64,000 bases of DNA from a virus, in the IMG/VR virus record IMGVR_UViG_3300041583_000345, positions 32,001-96,000 of that record, one strand, 5' to 3'. Shown in pieces: positions 25,097-35,460 of the stretch; position 1 is the stretch's first letter, and the number at the start of each line of letters is the position of its first letter. The position numbers were made by a program, and so were the translations under genes. A model generated the notes under the pieces. It ran no database searches, had not been told where the DNA came from, and saw only the letters and a list, made by a program, of their open reading frames with translations.

Positions 25097-26812
25097 TTAC
25101 CCATCACAGCTTAAACAATCTTCAGATGTTCTTGATCCTATATCTCCGTTTATTACTGAGTCTGTTCTTAGGTAATATAGTGTTTTTATTCCTAACTTCC
25201 AAGCTTGTTGGTGAACTAGGTTGATAAATCTTGGACTATCTGTTGGATCAAAGGCTAAGTTTAAAGATTGTGTTTGATCAATGTATTTTTGTCTAACTGC
25301 TGCTTGTTCTACCAGAGCAAGTTGGTTTATTTCAGCAAATGTTAAGAATACCTCTTTATCCTCTACTGTCATAATATCTTCAGGTAGATTAGCTACAGAA
25401 CCTCTATCTTTCATGATTTGATCCCAAACTTCTTCTGTATTATGCCCTTTTACGTCTAAATATGACTCTAATGCTGGATTTTTTCTAATAAAAGTTCCTT
25501 TTGCTGAGTTAAAGGTATAAACGTTTGCTGGTACTGGTTCAATTCCTGCTGAAACTCCTCCTGATATAGTGGAATTTGATACTGTTGGTGCGATAGCCAG
25601 TAAGTGACTATTTCTCATTCCAGTTCCTTTGCACCATAACGGCTCTCCATACTCATCTGCTAGTTTTCTTGAAGCTGCTTCTGCTTTATTTTTAATATCC
25701 GAGAATATTTGATGTGTGTACGATGTTGCTGCTATCGAATTGAAAGGTATTCTTTCGTTTTGTAAAAATGTATGCCATCCTAATACTCCTAATCCAAGTG
25801 CTCTTCCTTTTTTAGCAGATCTTGCTGATCTTATCAAAGAATCTCTTCCAGAGGTCTTTGCTAGAAATTCCTCTAGTACTCCATCTAAGAAATAAATTGC
25901 TGTTTCTATCAAATCTGTATTTTTCCATTCGTGCCATTTCGTTAAATTTACTGAGGATAAACAACAAATAAAGGAATGTTCTTCGTCGGTAAATAATGTA
26001 ATTTCCGAACAGATATTTGTCATCGTAACTTCAAGGTTATTTCTCGTATATGCAGGAGGATTGTCATTATTAACGTTATCCTTAAACATAATATAGGGTT
26101 CTCCTGTTTCTACTCTAGACTTAAGTATCTCTACCCATGTCTCCATTGCCTCCGGTACTCTCCTGTCGAGTTTCTCCATAAAGCTATCATCCACTACAAC
26201 GCATTGGTGTAGGTTTAGACACTGTCTATTAGGGTCCCCTTTAGGTCTTCTAATTTGTAAAAATTCTTTAATATCTGGATGATTTATATCTAGGTTAACT
26301 GATGCTGCTCCTCTACGAACTGCGCCTTGGTTAGTTGCTATGATAGTAGAATCGTAAATCTTAGCCCAAGGTATTACACCTTCTGACTGTCCCATTTCTA
26401 AGGTTCCGATTTTTTGACCTCTACCTCTAACTTTAGATAATCCAATACCAACTCCACCTCCTAAGGAAGTCAATCTCATGAGTTCAGCATTGGTCAAGCC
26501 AATACCTCGAATTGAGTCGGGGGTATCAATTCCGAAACATGAGATTGGTAATCCTTTATCAGTTCCTGTATTTGATAGAACAGGTGAGGCTAAATTTAAC
26601 CACCCTTTCCACATATACCTGAAGAATTTTGGTGCTAAATCTGGTCGATCTAGTCTTTTTGCTACCGTATCAGCTACTCTCTTGTATGCTAATTTTGGTG
26701 TTTCATTTGGTAGTAAATACCCTTTTGATATTGTTGCTATTGAAACTTCGTTCATCCATTCCGGATAGTCTTTTCCTGCTTCCCAATTGTAAGTATCTAC
26801 TGGTGTATTCAT
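25097..26812 (-). CDS. nrdA: ribonucleotide reductase class Ia alpha (no ATP cone)
   Basis: ASPVLSN, ISCF, GGGVG, TNICSEI, CCLSS, AIAPT, KTLYYLR, C-terminal CLSC. Confidence 0.95.
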   Translation of the reverse strand: MNTPVDTYNWEAGKDYPEWMNEVSIATISKGYLLPNETPKLAYKRVADTVAKRLDRPDLAPKFFRYMWKGWLNLASPVLSNTGTDKGLPISCFGIDTPDSIRGIGLTNAELMRLTSLGGGVGIGLSKVRGRGQKIGTLEMGQSEGVIPWAKIYDSTIIATNQGAVRRGAASVNLDINHPDIKEFLQIRRPKGDPNRQCLNLHQCVVVDDSFMEKLDRRVPEAMETWVEILKSRVETGEPYIMFKDNVNNDNPPAYTRNNLEVTMTNICSEITLFTDEEHSFICCLSSVNLTKWHEWKNTDLIETAIYFLDGVLEEFLAKTSGRDSLIRSARSAKKGRALGLGVLGWHTFLQNERIPFNSIAATSYTHQIFSDIKNKAEAASRKLADEYGEPLWCKGTGMRNSHLLAIAPTVSNSTISGGVSAGIEPVPANVYTFNSAKGTFIRKNPALESYLDVKGHNTEEVWDQIMKDRGSVANLPEDIMTVEDKEVFLTFAEINQLALVEQAAVRQKYIDQTQSLNLAFDPTDSPRFINLVHQQAWKLGIKTLYYLRTDSVINGDIGSRTSEDCLSCDG

Positions 26813-27621
26813 TTAATTTTGTTTTTGTTGTTTCCGTAATTTATATTCTCTACGTAGTTAATTATAGACCCTTTTAATTTACCTCCTTTTACTGTAGTTC
26901 CTGTGTTTCTATTTCTCTTTAATGTTCCTTCATCGTACTTTTCTAAAGCTTCCATTAAGCTATGTAGTAGTTCTTTGCTCTTGTCTGGGTGTATAATTGT
27001 ATAGGTTCCTTTCGATTTTCCGTAATTACCTGCTAACTCTCCTGGTCGTTTTACTCCCCACTGTGAGCTCTTCTCTCCTGTGTGGTTTTTTATGAACTTT
27101 TCAAAATACTCCTTCCGTGTCATACTGCCTTTAGTCTGCTTACAGGAATACACTCTTTTTTCTATAGCTTCTCGTGACTGTTGGTTTCCGGAGTTACATA
27201 ATTCTCGTATCCTTGCAAGTCCTTTTTCTGAGTGGTATTTCCCGTTGTACTTAGCTTTTTTTGTTTCTTTTGCCTTATCTACGGTTTCAGTATTGAACAT
27301 TGGATTTTTCTCTAGAAAAAGCTTTCTCCGTTTTTCTACAGGGTAGGCTATTAAGCACAATTTTTTTCTTTGTAACTCCCCCTCTTCTGTTTTACCTGAT
27401 AGTAGCAACCATGCTACTTTATCTTGCATTTTCCCTAACCACTTGTACCGTATCCAATGTGCTGTTGCATGGTTTTTTATTGATAGTCTTACTAAGTTAG
27501 ATTCTTCGTTGGTTCCTTGTTCATATCTTGGAATAATGTGATGTTTATGTGTACCCCCTATTACTTTATTACTTTTTCTCTCCTCTAGGAATTTTTTATA
27601 AATTTCTTGCCAGTTTACCAT
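26809..27621 (-). mobile_element. free-standing HNH homing endonuclease between nrdB and nrdA
   Basis: HKHHIIPRYEQGTNEESNLVRLSIKNHATAH; basic C-terminal DNA-binding region. Confidence 0.8.
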
Positions 27622-27674
27622 AGTATTTGTTTAGAATAAATAGGTAAGAAAAAGATTTTATTGCAACTCGAATC

Positions 27675-28649
27675 TTAAAAAGCGGTGTCCCAATCCATAT
27701 GTCCTTTACTATAATTTGTTACGCGCACAGCGAAGAAATCTGAAAATTGTTTACCTGCAATTACTGCGTCAAACCATTTCATTGTCTTTAATGCTCCTTT
27801 GTCAATTTCTGTTGAGGGTATTAATGGTTTTAGTCCTAAGTCCCCCATTTTGGTGTTTACTCTATGTTTAATAAAATTCTTAAGCTCTTCTTTGGTAAGA
27901 TTCTCTAAATCTCCCATTTCAAAGACTTTGTCTATAAAGTCATATTCAAGTTTTATAGCAGCTGTTGCTGCTTCTCTTATATCCTGCTCTAATTTAGCTG
28001 TTTTAAATTCTGGGTGTTCTTTCATTAATGTTCTAAATAACCAACAGCCTGCTTCTGAGTGTAGAGATTCATCTCTTACTGACCATTCTACTATCTGTCC
28101 AACACCTTTTAGTTTGTTTCTCATCTTAAATGAAAGTAACACTGCAAAGGAACTAAATAAGTTAACTCCTTCTGTGAAAGCAGAGAAGATAGCGAGAGAG
28201 ACAGCTCTTTGGTGCCAATCCGGAGATTCGTGTGAATCTCTAACATCCATTAGATGTTGAATTTTTGCCATTGTAGCTTCATCCTCCATAAACTCCGCAA
28301 AATTATCCAAACCCAGCTGTTCGTTTAATAATGAATAAGCTTCTGCGTGTATTGTTTCAAAAGATCCAAAAGTGACCGCCATTGCAATGACTTCTGGTTT
28401 TCTAAACCATTTTGTAACTAAATTAGTCCAGTAGTCATTTACTACTGTTTCGGTTTGTGCGAATCCTTTTAAGATTCCCCCAATAAGGTTCTTTTCATGA
28501 TCCTTTAGGTTAGAATTCCAGTCTGTTACATCTTGTGACATTGGTATTTCTGTATGTAGCCAGTGGGCTTGTTGCTGTCGGAGCCAGTAGTCGAATGCTT
28601 GTGGATATTCAAAGGGCTTGTAAACAATTCGTTCCTGTAAAAGACTCAT
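27675..28649 (-). CDS. nrdB: ribonucleotide reductase class Ia beta
   Basis: YKPFEYP, ETIHAEAY, EGVNLFSSF, RDESLH, DFFA. Confidence 0.95.
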   Translation of the reverse strand: MSLLQERIVYKPFEYPQAFDYWLRQQQAHWLHTEIPMSQDVTDWNSNLKDHEKNLIGGILKGFAQTETVVNDYWTNLVTKWFRKPEVIAMAVTFGSFETIHAEAYSLLNEQLGLDNFAEFMEDEATMAKIQHLMDVRDSHESPDWHQRAVSLAIFSAFTEGVNLFSSFAVLLSFKMRNKLKGVGQIVEWSVRDESLHSEAGCWLFRTLMKEHPEFKTAKLEQDIREAATAAIKLEYDFIDKVFEMGDLENLTKEELKNFIKHRVNTKMGDLGLKPLIPSTEIDKGALKTMKWFDAVIAGKQFSDFFAVRVTNYSKGHMDWDTAF

Positions 28650-28765
28650 ATGTATTTATATATTTGAAGTTAAATTAGATGGGAATATCCTCTTGGTTAT
28701 CTCTCGGGGACGTTTTAATAAATAGAATATATATTCTACTTTTGTCTGGTTTTTTAAGAACTTTA

Positions 28766-30103
28766 TTATAGTAATTTCTGTAGCGTTTCTGATGTTAAGT
28801 TATACTTAGGTTTAGCGGCTTCTGCTAATAGATCATCTAAGTCTGTTTTACCTTTAAATGATATATGTCCGTTATTGGTATCCATGTTTATGTCGTAAGT
28901 CATTCCGTCCATACCGTATCTGTTTTTCATAATATGAATTCGACCAGTTCCTAAAACTTTATCTTCTTTCATCCTAGATAAGGATAAACATACATCGGCT
29001 ACCATCATCTTATCATACGATCCTGCAGCTTTATCTCCTTCTATTATTGAATCTTTAGCTCCCATACGGTTAACCTGTGAAGGTGTTAAGATTGGTATTT
29101 TTAATTCTTTGGCTAATCCTTTAGTTGCGATAAAAACATCATCGATTTCATCTTTTCTTTCGGCGAATTTACCTCTTGAAGGTGCTCTTAGGTAATCAAC
29201 ATAATCAATGATTACTAAGTCTGGTTTATGCCCCATATCGGTACATTTCTGTATATGAGACTTAATAGTATTTACTGTTGCTCCCTTTGGTGGGTATTCT
29301 TTAACAATTAACTTCCCCTTTAGTGCGTCTACTGTCTTCTGAACTTCTTTTCTATGTTTGTTTACTTCATCTATAGAATATCCGGTAAAATAACAGTCAA
29401 ATCGTTTCCCAACATAGTCTTCTCCTAATTCTAAGGTGTAATATATAACATTATACCCTAGTTTTACAGCGTGGGCTCCAGCTGCTACCATAGTCCATGA
29501 TTTTCCACCTCCTGGGTTACCAAACATGATAATTAAATCTCCTGGTCCGAATCCTCCCTGTATAGCATCATTCATTATAGGCCAAGGTGTTGGGATAGTA
29601 GGCCTGTAGTCAACTCTGTATCGAGTCTCTACATCTTTATTGTATTCATGGCCAATGTTTTTATCCATCCCAGCTTTCATTGCCTTTTCAACTTGATTTC
29701 TAATCCCGTCGAAATCTCCATCTTTTAAAAGGTCTGCTGATGCTAAAATTGCAGCTTTCATCTCTTGGTTCTTACAAAAGCCTAAAAACTCTTCTTGAAT
29801 ATACTCTAAATCCTCTTGAGATGCTGCGTAAGAGTTTCTAAGCTCTTCTTTTAACGCTACGACTAGTACTTCATTCTCTACCTTCTGAAGTTCTACTTTC
29901 AGAACATCCATTGTTACTACTGTATGGTATTTATCAAAGTACCTGATAATTTCATTTATAATCCACTTATGTGAATCCGCATCGAAATAGACATCTGTCA
30001 ATACATCTCTGGTATTCTGTAGGAATGTTTTGTCTGTTAGTAGTGATCCTAGTACTTTTAATTGGAAGCCTTTTCCGTATTGCTGAAGTGATTTAAGTGT
30101 CAT
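28766..30103 (-). CDS. dnaB: DnaB/gp41-like replicative helicase
   Basis: Walker A GNPGGGKS, YTLEL, VIIDYVD, TPSQVNR, MKNRYG. Confidence 0.9.
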   Translation of the reverse strand: MTLKSLQQYGKGFQLKVLGSLLTDKTFLQNTRDVLTDVYFDADSHKWIINEIIRYFDKYHTVVTMDVLKVELQKVENEVLVVALKEELRNSYAASQEDLEYIQEEFLGFCKNQEMKAAILASADLLKDGDFDGIRNQVEKAMKAGMDKNIGHEYNKDVETRYRVDYRPTIPTPWPIMNDAIQGGFGPGDLIIMFGNPGGGKSWTMVAAGAHAVKLGYNVIYYTLELGEDYVGKRFDCYFTGYSIDEVNKHRKEVQKTVDALKGKLIVKEYPPKGATVNTIKSHIQKCTDMGHKPDLVIIDYVDYLRAPSRGKFAERKDEIDDVFIATKGLAKELKIPILTPSQVNRMGAKDSIIEGDKAAGSYDKMMVADVCLSLSRMKEDKVLGTGRIHIMKNRYGMDGMTYDINMDTNNGHISFKGKTDLDDLLAEAAKPKYNLTSETLQKLL

Positions 30104-30111
30104 TGTATAAC

Positions 30112-31140
30112 CTATTTAAATATTGTTAATCCTCTAAAATTTTCCAACCAACCTTCTGTATTTTTGGTGATCCCTTCAATCTTATCTGTGTCCAGTAAGT
30201 GTAGGAATCCTCCTACCTGTAGTGACGGTATTGGGCTCTTTATTACTTCTAATATATGGTCTTTTTCTTTCTGATCCAACGCTGTAATGTGTAAATCCAT
30301 TAATTTAAAATTAGTTTCCACACGATCCCATTCGCTTATAATTTTAGGAAAGATTTTTTTTACTTTGGGGTCTGTTAACTTAGCTGCGCAGACATCGTAC
30401 ACATACTCTAATGTTGTGCCGGGTACATTTACCAGGTCAGGGAACTGTGAGATTATAGTCTTTATCCCCAAACCTTTTACTCCTGCTAAATTATCAGAGT
30501 TGTCCCCTAAAAGGGCTTTTACAACATTATAGTTTTCAGGAAGAACTTGTAATTCTCCTTGAATGTTAGCAGCTGTTAATAGAAGTTTTTTAACCGGAGC
30601 ATAAACCTCTACGTTTTCATCTACAAGCTGTAAAAAATCTTTATCTGATGAAATTATGGTAAGTTTCTTATTAGTAGACGATGCTGTTTTTGCTAAATAT
30701 GCTATAATATCATCTGCTTCAAGTTTTTCCATCATAACCTGCTGAACTGGTAAACATTCTATATAGTCCTGTGTTCTATACAGTTGTGCTATTAATGCTT
30801 CCTGTTCTTCGGCTTTTGTATCATATAGTCCCCAGTGCGTAATTCGAGATGTTGCTCGATTGGCTTTATAATTCTGGTCTATATTCTTTCTATTAGCAGA
30901 ACCTCCTTTTCCGTCCCATATTATAAGTACCCTTGTCGGGTCAAAAGTACGGGTTACAAATCCTAATGATCGCAGGAAACCAATTAGACCGCCTACATGG
31001 TGGCCTAAAGGGTTCATTGCCTTAAGGAGTGAAAAGCTTCGAATTAGCATATTCATAGCATCTATAACTAAAATATGGTCGTTTAACTCTCGGGGTGGGG
31101 ACTGTTTTAAATTTTTCAGAAGATCTGAATAGTCCGTCAT
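30112..31140 (-). CDS. 5'-3' exonuclease / RNase H (Pol I N-terminal type)
   Basis: VIDAMN, WDGKGG, EADDIIA, SSDKDFLQL, GDNSDNLAGVKGLG. Confidence 0.9.
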   Translation of the reverse strand: MTDYSDLLKNLKQSPPRELNDHILVIDAMNMLIRSFSLLKAMNPLGHHVGGLIGFLRSLGFVTRTFDPTRVLIIWDGKGGSANRKNIDQNYKANRATSRITHWGLYDTKAEEQEALIAQLYRTQDYIECLPVQQVMMEKLEADDIIAYLAKTASSTNKKLTIISSDKDFLQLVDENVEVYAPVKKLLLTAANIQGELQVLPENYNVVKALLGDNSDNLAGVKGLGIKTIISQFPDLVNVPGTTLEYVYDVCAAKLTDPKVKKIFPKIISEWDRVETNFKLMDLHITALDQKEKDHILEVIKSPIPSLQVGGFLHLLDTDKIEGITKNTEGWLENFRGLTIFK

Positions 31141-32210
31141 TAGTCTAGTAGGTTTGGTGTAATTGTTTCTTCTTCTAAATCTCCTTCTTCAATTAAGTCG
31201 AAATCTATTGATCCAACAAGTTTTAACCAGTGCTCTTTATGGGCGTCTCTGTACTTATCGATAGCTTTTTTATCATCTTCAATAAATCCATGAGAGGTCA
31301 TTACTACTTTCCCTCTAGATTGTACTCCCCCTATGTGGTTCTTTTCAATCTGGATGTTTGTACGTTTGGCAAACTCTACCTGTAAACCATCTTTAACTGC
31401 TTTAATCTTAGAAGTGCCCGGGTTTGTAATATTACCGAAGGTAACTACTAAGGTAGCGTCGTACCACATAGACATTCCTCCTTTATTCTGCAGCTTAGGT
31501 TGTCCCATTGGATGCTCAGGTTTCATAGTCCATACTTTATTAATAGCTACAAGAGTATTGGTGTAGGGAAAGTTTTCTTTTCTTGATAATAAAATCTTTT
31601 GATTTAAATTATTACCAAACTGTGTGGACATCGCTCCCGCATTCCATTCATTGTTATTCTTATTAGAACGAACTGATAAGTCACATGGTATAGAACCGAT
31701 AGAATCCCAAAAGAAACATAAATCGAAAGGTAAGTTACCTTTAGCCTGCTCATCCATTAAGTCAGCCATATGTACAGCTACTTCTTCAATGGTATTTAAA
31801 GATCCTCGGTCTGCATATAGAAAATGTCCTTCAAAATCTACTACTTTACCGTTTTCATCTTTAACTTCATTAAATTGAAGCCCCATCTCCCTTGCATGCT
31901 CCCATGACCATTTCATCTCCGAGATAATAAATACCGGTAAGATACCCATTTTCTGTGCACTTACTGCTGCTTCTAATAAAGCAGTAGTTTTTCCTGTGTC
32001 AGAATGCCCTCGTAGTAAGGTGATGTGACCGGTTGGAATACCGGGTAAGGAAGTAATATCTTGAAAAGCTTTAGATAGGGGTATCCAACCCTGCTCTTTA
32101 AATTTTACAGATGCTTCTGCAAAGCCTTTCTTTTTTTTAAAATTACCAAGATTAAAATTCTTCTTGATGGCCGCAGATGCGGCCTCCTGTACTTCCTGTT
32201 TCTTCGCCAT
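31140..32210 (-). CDS. recA: RecA/UvsX-like recombinase
   Basis: Walker A GHSDTGKTT, WDSIGS, INKVW, KGG. Confidence 0.82.
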   Translation of the reverse strand: MAKKQEVQEAASAAIKKNFNLGNFKKKKGFAEASVKFKEQGWIPLSKAFQDITSLPGIPTGHITLLRGHSDTGKTTALLEAAVSAQKMGILPVFIISEMKWSWEHAREMGLQFNEVKDENGKVVDFEGHFLYADRGSLNTIEEVAVHMADLMDEQAKGNLPFDLCFFWDSIGSIPCDLSVRSNKNNNEWNAGAMSTQFGNNLNQKILLSRKENFPYTNTLVAINKVWTMKPEHPMGQPKLQNKGGMSMWYDATLVVTFGNITNPGTSKIKAVKDGLQVEFAKRTNIQIEKNHIGGVQSRGKVVMTSHGFIEDDKKAIDKYRDAHKEHWLKLVGSIDFDLIEEGDLEEETITPNLLD

Positions 32211-32212
32211 AA

Positions 32213-33034
32213 TTACTCGTTAAATAAGTCGTCAAATTTGCTAACTGTATCCTGTTTTCCAGCAGTAGCAGTCTCTAGACTAAAGTCAGACTTTTTTTGT
32301 CCTAGGCTTTCTGGTAATGATGTATCAATATTACTATCTACCGGTTTTGTAACTGTAGTAGTTGTCTCTTCTGTAATCGAAGAAGGGTCTAAGTATCCTT
32401 GAAGTTGTTTCTTAATGTAGTCGTAATCATATTGGGTATGTACATCTACTGGGTTTGGTTGAGTCTTCAGCCACAAATCTACTTCTTCATTTTTATCTGA
32501 TAGAGTAGTTTGTTTAGGTTTAATACGTACAGTAGTTTCAGGGTAAGGGTTACCAGCTGATTGTTCTACCACCATATCCCATCCTTGCATAACATCTGTG
32601 AAGTCCCCAATATCTTCATCCTCTGCTAAAGCAAGTAATGCTTTGTATATTGTTACACCGAATCCCCATAAACGTACTCCTTTGTCTTCTTCTCCTCTTA
32701 CTATAACAGGAGCGAAAACACGAGTTTTAGGGTTTAATTTACCTGATAAGGACCAGTTGTCTTTATCTGATGTCTTCCTAAGTTCTTTTACAAACTCTTC
32801 GATTGGGTCTTGTTTACCAAAGTTTGATAAAGCTACCATTGGATACTTTCCAATTCCGTAATGGAATTTTAATTCTTTAAATGGGAACGCAGGGTCATAA
32901 GCAGACGGGACAATACGAATTGTCTGTTTACCTAATGAGGGTTTCCAAAAAATAGTTGAATAGTCAGTTTTTTCTGTGTCCTGACTAGTAGAGTTCAAAG
33001 CTTCTAGCTTTGCTTTAATTGCATTAATGTCCAT
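32213..33034 (-). CDS. gp32-like single-stranded DNA-binding protein
   Basis: FWKP, IRIVP, VIVRGEE..GV..W.FG, acidic C-tail FDDLFNE. Confidence 0.82.
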   Translation of the reverse strand: MDINAIKAKLEALNSTSQDTEKTDYSTIFWKPSLGKQTIRIVPSAYDPAFPFKELKFHYGIGKYPMVALSNFGKQDPIEEFVKELRKTSDKDNWSLSGKLNPKTRVFAPVIVRGEEDKGVRLWGFGVTIYKALLALAEDEDIGDFTDVMQGWDMVVEQSAGNPYPETTVRIKPKQTTLSDKNEEVDLWLKTQPNPVDVHTQYDYDYIKKQLQGYLDPSSITEETTTTVTKPVDSNIDTSLPESLGQKKSDFSLETATAGKQDTVSKFDDLFNE

Positions 33035-33063
33035 ATAACTGATTTTAAAATTATAACGTTTAT

Positions 33064-33094
33064 CTAATATAAGAATAATATCTTAAACTACCAA
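33064..33094 (-). promoter_or_regulatory. Bacteroidota-type promoter (TTG-N20-TATATTAG) upstream of SSB
   Basis: Exact spacing match. Confidence 0.55.
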
Positions 33095-33547
33095 CTAGAT
33101 TTCAATAATCTTGTGTAATTTTGTATTTACTCTTTTTAGTTCCGGTCCTTTGGTTAAAAGTACGCAGTTTTTGTAGTCCGCCCAATTAATACGGAAGTTA
33201 GAATCTAACTCTCCATCGTTTAATTGTTTGATTAGTGTATTAAGTGCATTAATAGTGTAAAGAGTATTGGACTCTTTTTTGCGATGCACTAAGATAGTAT
33301 TATCTAGGAATGTACCGACGTTACCGAAGTCCACGTTATAGGTACATATGTATTCGTCTTGGCTCTTTGAGTATAGAACGAATATTTTATTATATATAAT
33401 CTTATACCTCTCTTGTACTGTCGACAATACTTCGTCTAAAGTATCTTCAGAAGCGAAGGTACAGAATAGTTTGTTACTCATATCTTCATTTAAATAAAAT
33501 GGTTCAATATCGTAGTCGAACCGGGACGTCATAACATCTGTTATCAT
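33095..33547 (-). CDS. hypothetical protein
   Basis: 150-aa ORF between polymerase and SSB. Confidence 0.7.
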   Translation of the reverse strand: MITDVMTSRFDYDIEPFYLNEDMSNKLFCTFASEDTLDEVLSTVQERYKIIYNKIFVLYSKSQDEYICTYNVDFGNVGTFLDNTILVHRKKESNTLYTINALNTLIKQLNDGELDSNFRINWADYKNCVLLTKGPELKRVNTKLHKIIEI

Positions 33548-33566
33548 ATATAAATATCTTTGTTGT

Positions 33567-34892
33567 CTATAAAACTAAATTCTTACTAAATTTAAACTTT
33601 ACCGGGTAATTGCCACCCGATTCCATTATTCTTTTAATATCTTCTAATGTTTCCTTACCGTCCGCTTTATGAAAGTCAAATAAAAATGCGTCGTAGGTAT
33701 ACAAGACTATCTTGGTTTTCTTATCTTTTAGGTACCTTAATACATCTTTTAATGTAAGTATATTTCTTGCGGTTTCCAACGATTGCATCATATAGTTCAT
33801 TAATTTGGCTGGATGCATTTCTTTTAGCTCTTTGGTAAAAGGTTTGTTTGATATCGGGTTGTACACCACCCCGTCATTTTGGTAGGATTTCCACATATCA
33901 TCTATGTACTGCTGTACTTTCCGAAATATAGGTAAGTCTTTATGTTCTTCCGGTATTTTACCGTAAATTGCTTGGAAGTTGATTTGTTTTGCCTGTATAT
34001 ACTGCTCTTCTGATATATCTTCAGTCCCAAAGTAGGTTTTTGCTAATTCTCTGTGGGCAGAATCTCCTTTTAATAGGTAATGAATCTGATCACACAATAA
34101 ACGAAGGTGATACCCATCAAAATCGAGTTCAACAAAATAATCCCCTTGCGGGAAGAAACAGTTCCTGTGCTCTGCACTCTTAGGAATAGCAGCGAAATTA
34201 ACAGAGTTAAAAGCATTAGTAGGTCTAGATGTGACATTATACAAATTGTATTGGGTTAAAACTATGTTATTTTCCACGTTATATTTAGGGTCTCGTGGTG
34301 TAAACAGTTGATTAAATGCATCGTAGTGTATTCCTATTCCGGGCTGTTCTAATAAATAGAATACATTTACTGCGGTTTTGTTATAAAAGTCAAAGCCTAG
34401 TGGGATATTTAACTCAATTACGTGTTTAACTTGATTATATATTTTTTCACATGATTCATATAATTTAGATATAGGGATCAACTGATTAATGTTTGAAAAA
34501 CCTCTAAATTTATTATAAAAAAAGTTTAACGTCTCGTTTTCTTTTGAATACTCTAACCTATCAAACTTTACCATGGAGTAAACTAACGATAAATCTATAG
34601 CTTCCTGTAGATTAAAGTGGTAGAGTAGGGTTTTCTTATCTAATGTATACAGTTTACTTGAAGACGAAAGCAGTTCATAGAGACGGTCTTTTGCAATGTT
34701 TATACCTTCATCATGATTAATAGGTACTATAAAGCCGTGCTGACTTAAAAGAGGTCTTATGTAGACCGCTACAGTCGTAGTAAGTTTTGGATGGTATAGA
34801 TCATTGGTGGAGATTACATCTACGTAAACTCCTTCTTTGGCCAACATCTCTAAGTTAAGTAACTTATCTTCTTCTTCTACTATATAAAACAT
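33567..34892 (-). CDS. polA: compact family A DNA polymerase
   Basis: Motif A ELDFDGYHLRL, motif B AKQINFQAIYG, motif C LYTYDAFLFD. Confidence 0.8.
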   Translation of the reverse strand: MFYIVEEEDKLLNLEMLAKEGVYVDVISTNDLYHPKLTTTVAVYIRPLLSQHGFIVPINHDEGINIAKDRLYELLSSSSKLYTLDKKTLLYHFNLQEAIDLSLVYSMVKFDRLEYSKENETLNFFYNKFRGFSNINQLIPISKLYESCEKIYNQVKHVIELNIPLGFDFYNKTAVNVFYLLEQPGIGIHYDAFNQLFTPRDPKYNVENNIVLTQYNLYNVTSRPTNAFNSVNFAAIPKSAEHRNCFFPQGDYFVELDFDGYHLRLLCDQIHYLLKGDSAHRELAKTYFGTEDISEEQYIQAKQINFQAIYGKIPEEHKDLPIFRKVQQYIDDMWKSYQNDGVVYNPISNKPFTKELKEMHPAKLMNYMMQSLETARNILTLKDVLRYLKDKKTKIVLYTYDAFLFDFHKADGKETLEDIKRIMESGGNYPVKFKFSKNLVL

Positions 34893-34911
34893 TTTTAATA
34901 TAACCTTTTAT

Positions 34912-34941
34912 ACAATATAAGATAAATTTTCTATTCTACAA
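34912..34941 (-). promoter_or_regulatory. Bacteroidota-type promoter (TTG-N19-TATATTGT) upstream of polymerase
   Basis: Exact spacing match. Confidence 0.55.
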
Positions 34942-35440
34942 ACTTCCCATAGTCTTTTATGTACTCTTTTAATCCTTTTATAAGATTATCTTGTATTTCT
35001 ATGGTTTGTTTATTTTTTGTTTCAGCTCCTTGGTAAATATACGGAGGTTTAACCAAGTCCTTGGCTGGTCCTTTAATAACCCAGTTTAATTCTATGCCTT
35101 TAATATGAGTTTCTTTTATAAGGTAATAGTACTTGTCTTGTTGTACTTCTATTATCTTTAAATTTCTCCTATCTTGCAGTACATACCTTGTAAAGTATCC
35201 ACGTACATAATCTCCTTGTTTTGGAGCAATTATATCCAGTGTAAAAGTAAATTCTCTAGTGTAAGGTTCTTCACTAACAATGGTAAGTTCCTTTGTAGTA
35301 TTAGAGGGTACCTTCCCTGTCAGGTACCTATCATTATAAGTCTTTATATACCACCCCACATACGGGGTACCGTCTTTTTTAAAAAGAAAGTCTCCTCTTG
35401 AATGTTTAGGTTCACTATATTTTGATTTGGGTATATACAT
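34931..35440 (-). CDS. hypothetical protein (end of baseplate operon)
   Basis: 169-aa ORF. Confidence 0.65.
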   Translation of the reverse strand: MYIPKSKYSEPKHSRGDFLFKKDGTPYVGWYIKTYNDRYLTGKVPSNTTKELTIVSEEPYTREFTFTLDIIAPKQGDYVRGYFTRYVLQDRRNLKIIEVQQDKYYYLIKETHIKGIELNWVIKGPAKDLVKPPYIYQGAETKNKQTIEIQDNLIKGLKEYIKDYGKFVE

Positions 35441-35460
35441 ATTTAAAGTCCTATTATTGT

